DNA from: Candidatus Omnitrophota bacterium | GTDB lineage: Bacteria; Omnitrophota; Gorgyraeia; Gygaellales; Profunditerraquicolaceae | Length of the DNA stretch: 58,167 nucleotides | Reading direction: 5' to 3' | Assembly (NCBI GenBank): GCA_029561735.1 | Contig: JAKQWZ010000024.1 | Coordinates: 1 to 58,167, forward strand | Part shown: positions 55,619-58,167 of the stretch, one piece after another | Numbering within the stretch: position 1 is the stretch's first letter | Layout: every line of letters starts with the position of its first letter | The notes under the pieces: generated by a model | Database searches by the model: none | What the model was told of the DNA's origin: nothing | What the model saw: only the letters and a program-made list of their open reading frames with translations | Program-made: the position numbers and the translations under genes

Positions 55619-57550
55619 TTAGGCATTATCCTTGATCTGCTTTTTCAGCGCCCTTATCCGGTCATTAATATCAGCCATCAGTTTCTGTAACTCCTCAACC
55701 CGCAGCATATATTCCTCCAGAGACGCATCATCCCTGTAGCCGCGCGGATTAGATATTGCCCGGGATTTCGCCAGTCTTTCCAGATTCAGTTTTTCCCTCT
55801 CTGATGCCAGTTCTTTTATCTGATTTTTAAGCAATGTGTTTTGCTCTTTGCGCAGGCGTTCCTGCTGCTTATGCGCCAAATCCTGCTGTTTTTTTAATAC
55901 TGCTGCCTGTGAAACTTTATCATGCGCAGGTCTTGGATGGGCAGCAGCCACAAAATGTTCGTAATCTGCGGATTTTTTCTTATCAAGGTAATAATCAAAA
56001 TTTCCCGCAAATGTCCTTACCTGCCCGGACTTTACCTCAAATACAATATTTGCCACAGAGCGCACAAAATGGATATCATGGCTTATAAAAACTATAGTGC
56101 CTTCATATTCGGTCAGGGCTTTTATCAAAGCATCTACCGCATCCACATCCAGATGCGTAGTCGGTTCATCCAGCAAAAGAAAATTCGGCGGCTTGATCAA
56201 AAGCTTTGCCAGGATTAACCTGCTTTTTTCTCCTCCGGAAAGAACCTTGACTCTCTTATCGGCGTCATCCCCGGTAAAAAGAAAAGCGCCCAATATCGTG
56301 CGGATTGCCTCCTGGGACATCAAACCCGGGGCAGCTGAATATGCCTCTTCCAGTACGGTATTTTCCAGGTTTAATACATCAGTGCGGGTTTGCGAAAAAT
56401 AACCCGCCTCAACATGGTGCCCGGTGATCCTTTCTCCGGAATCTATATCTATGACGCCGGCAAGAATCTTAAGCAAGGTGGATTTACCTGCCCCGTTTTC
56501 TCCGGCCAAAACCGCTTTTTGGCCTTGAGTTACTTCAAAATCAAAATCTTTATAAACCTGATTAGCCCCGTATGATTTTGATACCTTATTCAGGCTGACT
56601 ACGCGATGGCCGCTTTTACGCGTCTGGGGAAAATGAAAGTTCTTTATGCTTTCTCTCGGGTCTTTTAGGAGGACTACCTCTTCCATCCTTTCCAGTTCAG
56701 ATCTTTTTGCCCTGACCTGCTGCGCTTTATTGGGTTGGGCATGGAAACGGGCGATAAATTCTTCCAGCTGTTTGCGCTTTTTTTCCTGCTCTTTAAACTG
56801 GCGCAAGAGGAATATCCGCTTCTGGTCTTTTATCTGTTCGTAGTGCTGATAATTGCCCCGGACTTTGAAAATTGAACCGTTTTCCAAAATCAGAGTATAG
56901 TTAGTCACTTCATTCAAAAAGGCCTTATCATGGGAGATCATCAGAAAAGTGCCCCTGAATTGCGCCAGATATTCCTTCAGCCACAAAGCAGCATTCAGGT
57001 CAAGGTAATTCGTAGGCTCGTCAAGCAAAAGCAGGTCATAATCAAAGGTGAGCAGTTTACCCAGCAAAGTGCGCATCTGCCATCCGCCGCTAAGATCAGC
57101 CACAGGGCGGTTAAAATCTTCTTCTTTAAAACCAAGCCCGGCAAGGATTTTTTTAGCTTTATGCTCTAATTCAAAATAACCCAATACTTCCAGTTCATGC
57201 AGAATCTCCCCGTAGCGGCCTGAACCGGCTTTATTATCAGCCTCAAGCCTGTACTTTTCGGCCTTTAGGCGCATAAGGGTTGCATCGCCTTCTGTTAATT
57301 CAGCCAGCACTGTGTGCGCGGATTTAAAACTGGACTCCTGAGGCAAATAACCTATGCGCGTGCCCTTGATAACCTGCACACTGCCTGATGAAGGTTCATT
57401 ATCCTGCAGGATAATGGAAAAAAGCGTACTTTTTCCCGAGCCGTTCGGGCCGATAAGCCCGATCTTTTCGCCGCGGTTGATATTAAGATTCAGCCCGTCA
57501 AAAAGAATTTTTTTTCCGTAATTCTTAGAGAGATTTGATATGGAAATCAT
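55619..57550 (-). CDS. ABC-F family ATPase with C-terminal coiled coil
   Basis: Two NBDs (GPNGSGKST, LSGGW, LLLDEPTN; GENGAGKST, LSGGE, LLLDEPTT); no TM domain. Confidence 0.92.
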   Translation of the reverse strand: MISISNLSKNYGKKILFDGLNLNINRGEKIGLIGPNGSGKSTLFSIILQDNEPSSGSVQVIKGTRIGYLPQESSFKSAHTVLAELTEGDATLMRLKAEKYRLEADNKAGSGRYGEILHELEVLGYFELEHKAKKILAGLGFKEEDFNRPVADLSGGWQMRTLLGKLLTFDYDLLLLDEPTNYLDLNAALWLKEYLAQFRGTFLMISHDKAFLNEVTNYTLILENGSIFKVRGNYQHYEQIKDQKRIFLLRQFKEQEKKRKQLEEFIARFHAQPNKAQQVRAKRSELERMEEVVLLKDPRESIKNFHFPQTRKSGHRVVSLNKVSKSYGANQVYKDFDFEVTQGQKAVLAGENGAGKSTLLKILAGVIDIDSGERITGHHVEAGYFSQTRTDVLNLENTVLEEAYSAAPGLMSQEAIRTILGAFLFTGDDADKRVKVLSGGEKSRLILAKLLIKPPNFLLLDEPTTHLDVDAVDALIKALTEYEGTIVFISHDIHFVRSVANIVFEVKSGQVRTFAGNFDYYLDKKKSADYEHFVAAAHPRPAHDKVSQAAVLKKQQDLAHKQQERLRKEQNTLLKNQIKELASEREKLNLERLAKSRAISNPRGYRDDASLEEYMLRVEELQKLMADINDRIRALKKQIKDNA

Positions 57551-57558
57551 TTAAAAAC

Positions 57559-58167
57559 TTACCTGTTGAATTCTATTAAGCGGATAAAAGCGTCAGGCTT
57601 TATGCTATTAGCCCCGCTAAAAGGATAATCCAGCTCAAGCACGGTGAATAATATAAACGCAATAATAGCTGCCAATAAAATAGTCATAACTTTCTGGGTA
57701 TCAAAATTCTTAGTCCCGAATAAAAAACTGATCAACATTGTTATAACAGCACCGGATATCAGCGTAAACCACAATATAGGATGTACCCCTTCTTTGGCAT
57801 TAAGGAGGCGGACATTGCGGTAATCCAGCAGCTCATTTAATTTGCTGACAGATTCCTGCAGGTATATATCCTGCGTCCTGCCATTAGGCAGCATGCTGCT
57901 ATAAAAATTGCGTATCTCGTGCATCTTATCAGCGGCCATCCTGCTTGAAGAACCAAAACTCATTTTTGGCCATTCGTCTTTGACTATTGCTTTTGCATAA
58001 TCCCGCAGTAAGCCCCTGATTTTTAGTTGCTGGTGCTGTTCAAAAGCATCGGAATCGCTGTATAAAGAAGCAAGGCAGCTGGCCTCTTTTTCCACGCCAA
58101 GATTTACCCTGTCAAAATTCTGCCAGGTAACAATAACAACAAATGCCAGTATTACGGCATAAATCAC
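57559..58167 (-). CDS. DUF4239 (bestrophin-like) membrane protein, 5' end off the window
   Basis: IYAVILAFVVIVTW...EA..L, DEWP and LDYPFSG motifs. Confidence 0.75.
   Translation of the reverse strand: MIYAVILAFVVIVTWQNFDRVNLGVEKEASCLASLYSDSDAFEQHQQLKIRGLLRDYAKAIVKDEWPKMSFGSSSRMAADKMHEIRNFYSSMLPNGRTQDIYLQESVSKLNELLDYRNVRLLNAKEGVHPILWFTLISGAVITMLISFLFGTKNFDTQKVMTILLAAIIAFILFTVLELDYPFSGANSIKPDAFIRLIEFNR

Noticed and set aside
55619-57550. ABC-F as an antibiotic-resistance (ARE) factor
   Set aside because: No leader peptide or other cue is visible; it looks like a housekeeping ABC-F, and the subfamily needs an HMM to assign.

Overview
Gene-dense bacterial window with nearly all genes on the minus strand. 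It is probably from Candidatus Omnitrophota or another PVC-related lineage (inference from the Minf_1886-type and TIGR04073-type genes). From left to right it holds: a truncated thioredoxin and a stand-alone TrpB2; a secreted beta-propeller fused to a single TolC-like repeat; a first minor-pilin cassette; an ECF sigma / zinc anti-sigma / transmembrane CHAT-protease triad; and a tightly coupled block containing a 1021-aa EF-G paralog with an N-terminal membrane anchor and coiled coil, plus a stand-alone paralog of that tether. Next come a type IV pilus/T2SS-like cluster with embedded GT2 and YfhO glycosylation genes, and two histidine kinases with C-terminal degenerate GGDEF or PilZ modules plus two single-domain response regulators. 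A ~15 kb lipid/envelope cluster follows, with an Arn-like set, a CrtI-like oxidoreductase, an esterase, a FemAB/GNAT protein, KS + inactive KS (CLF-like) + ACP + FabZ + FabG, an arginase-fold protein and a HAD phosphatase. The window ends with a c-di-GMP-I riboswitch leader with tandem terminators, an ABC-F ATPase and a truncated DUF4239 gene. I saw no CRISPR array, rRNA, intact tRNA or transposase. All family assignments come from motif recognition by eye, not from database searches.
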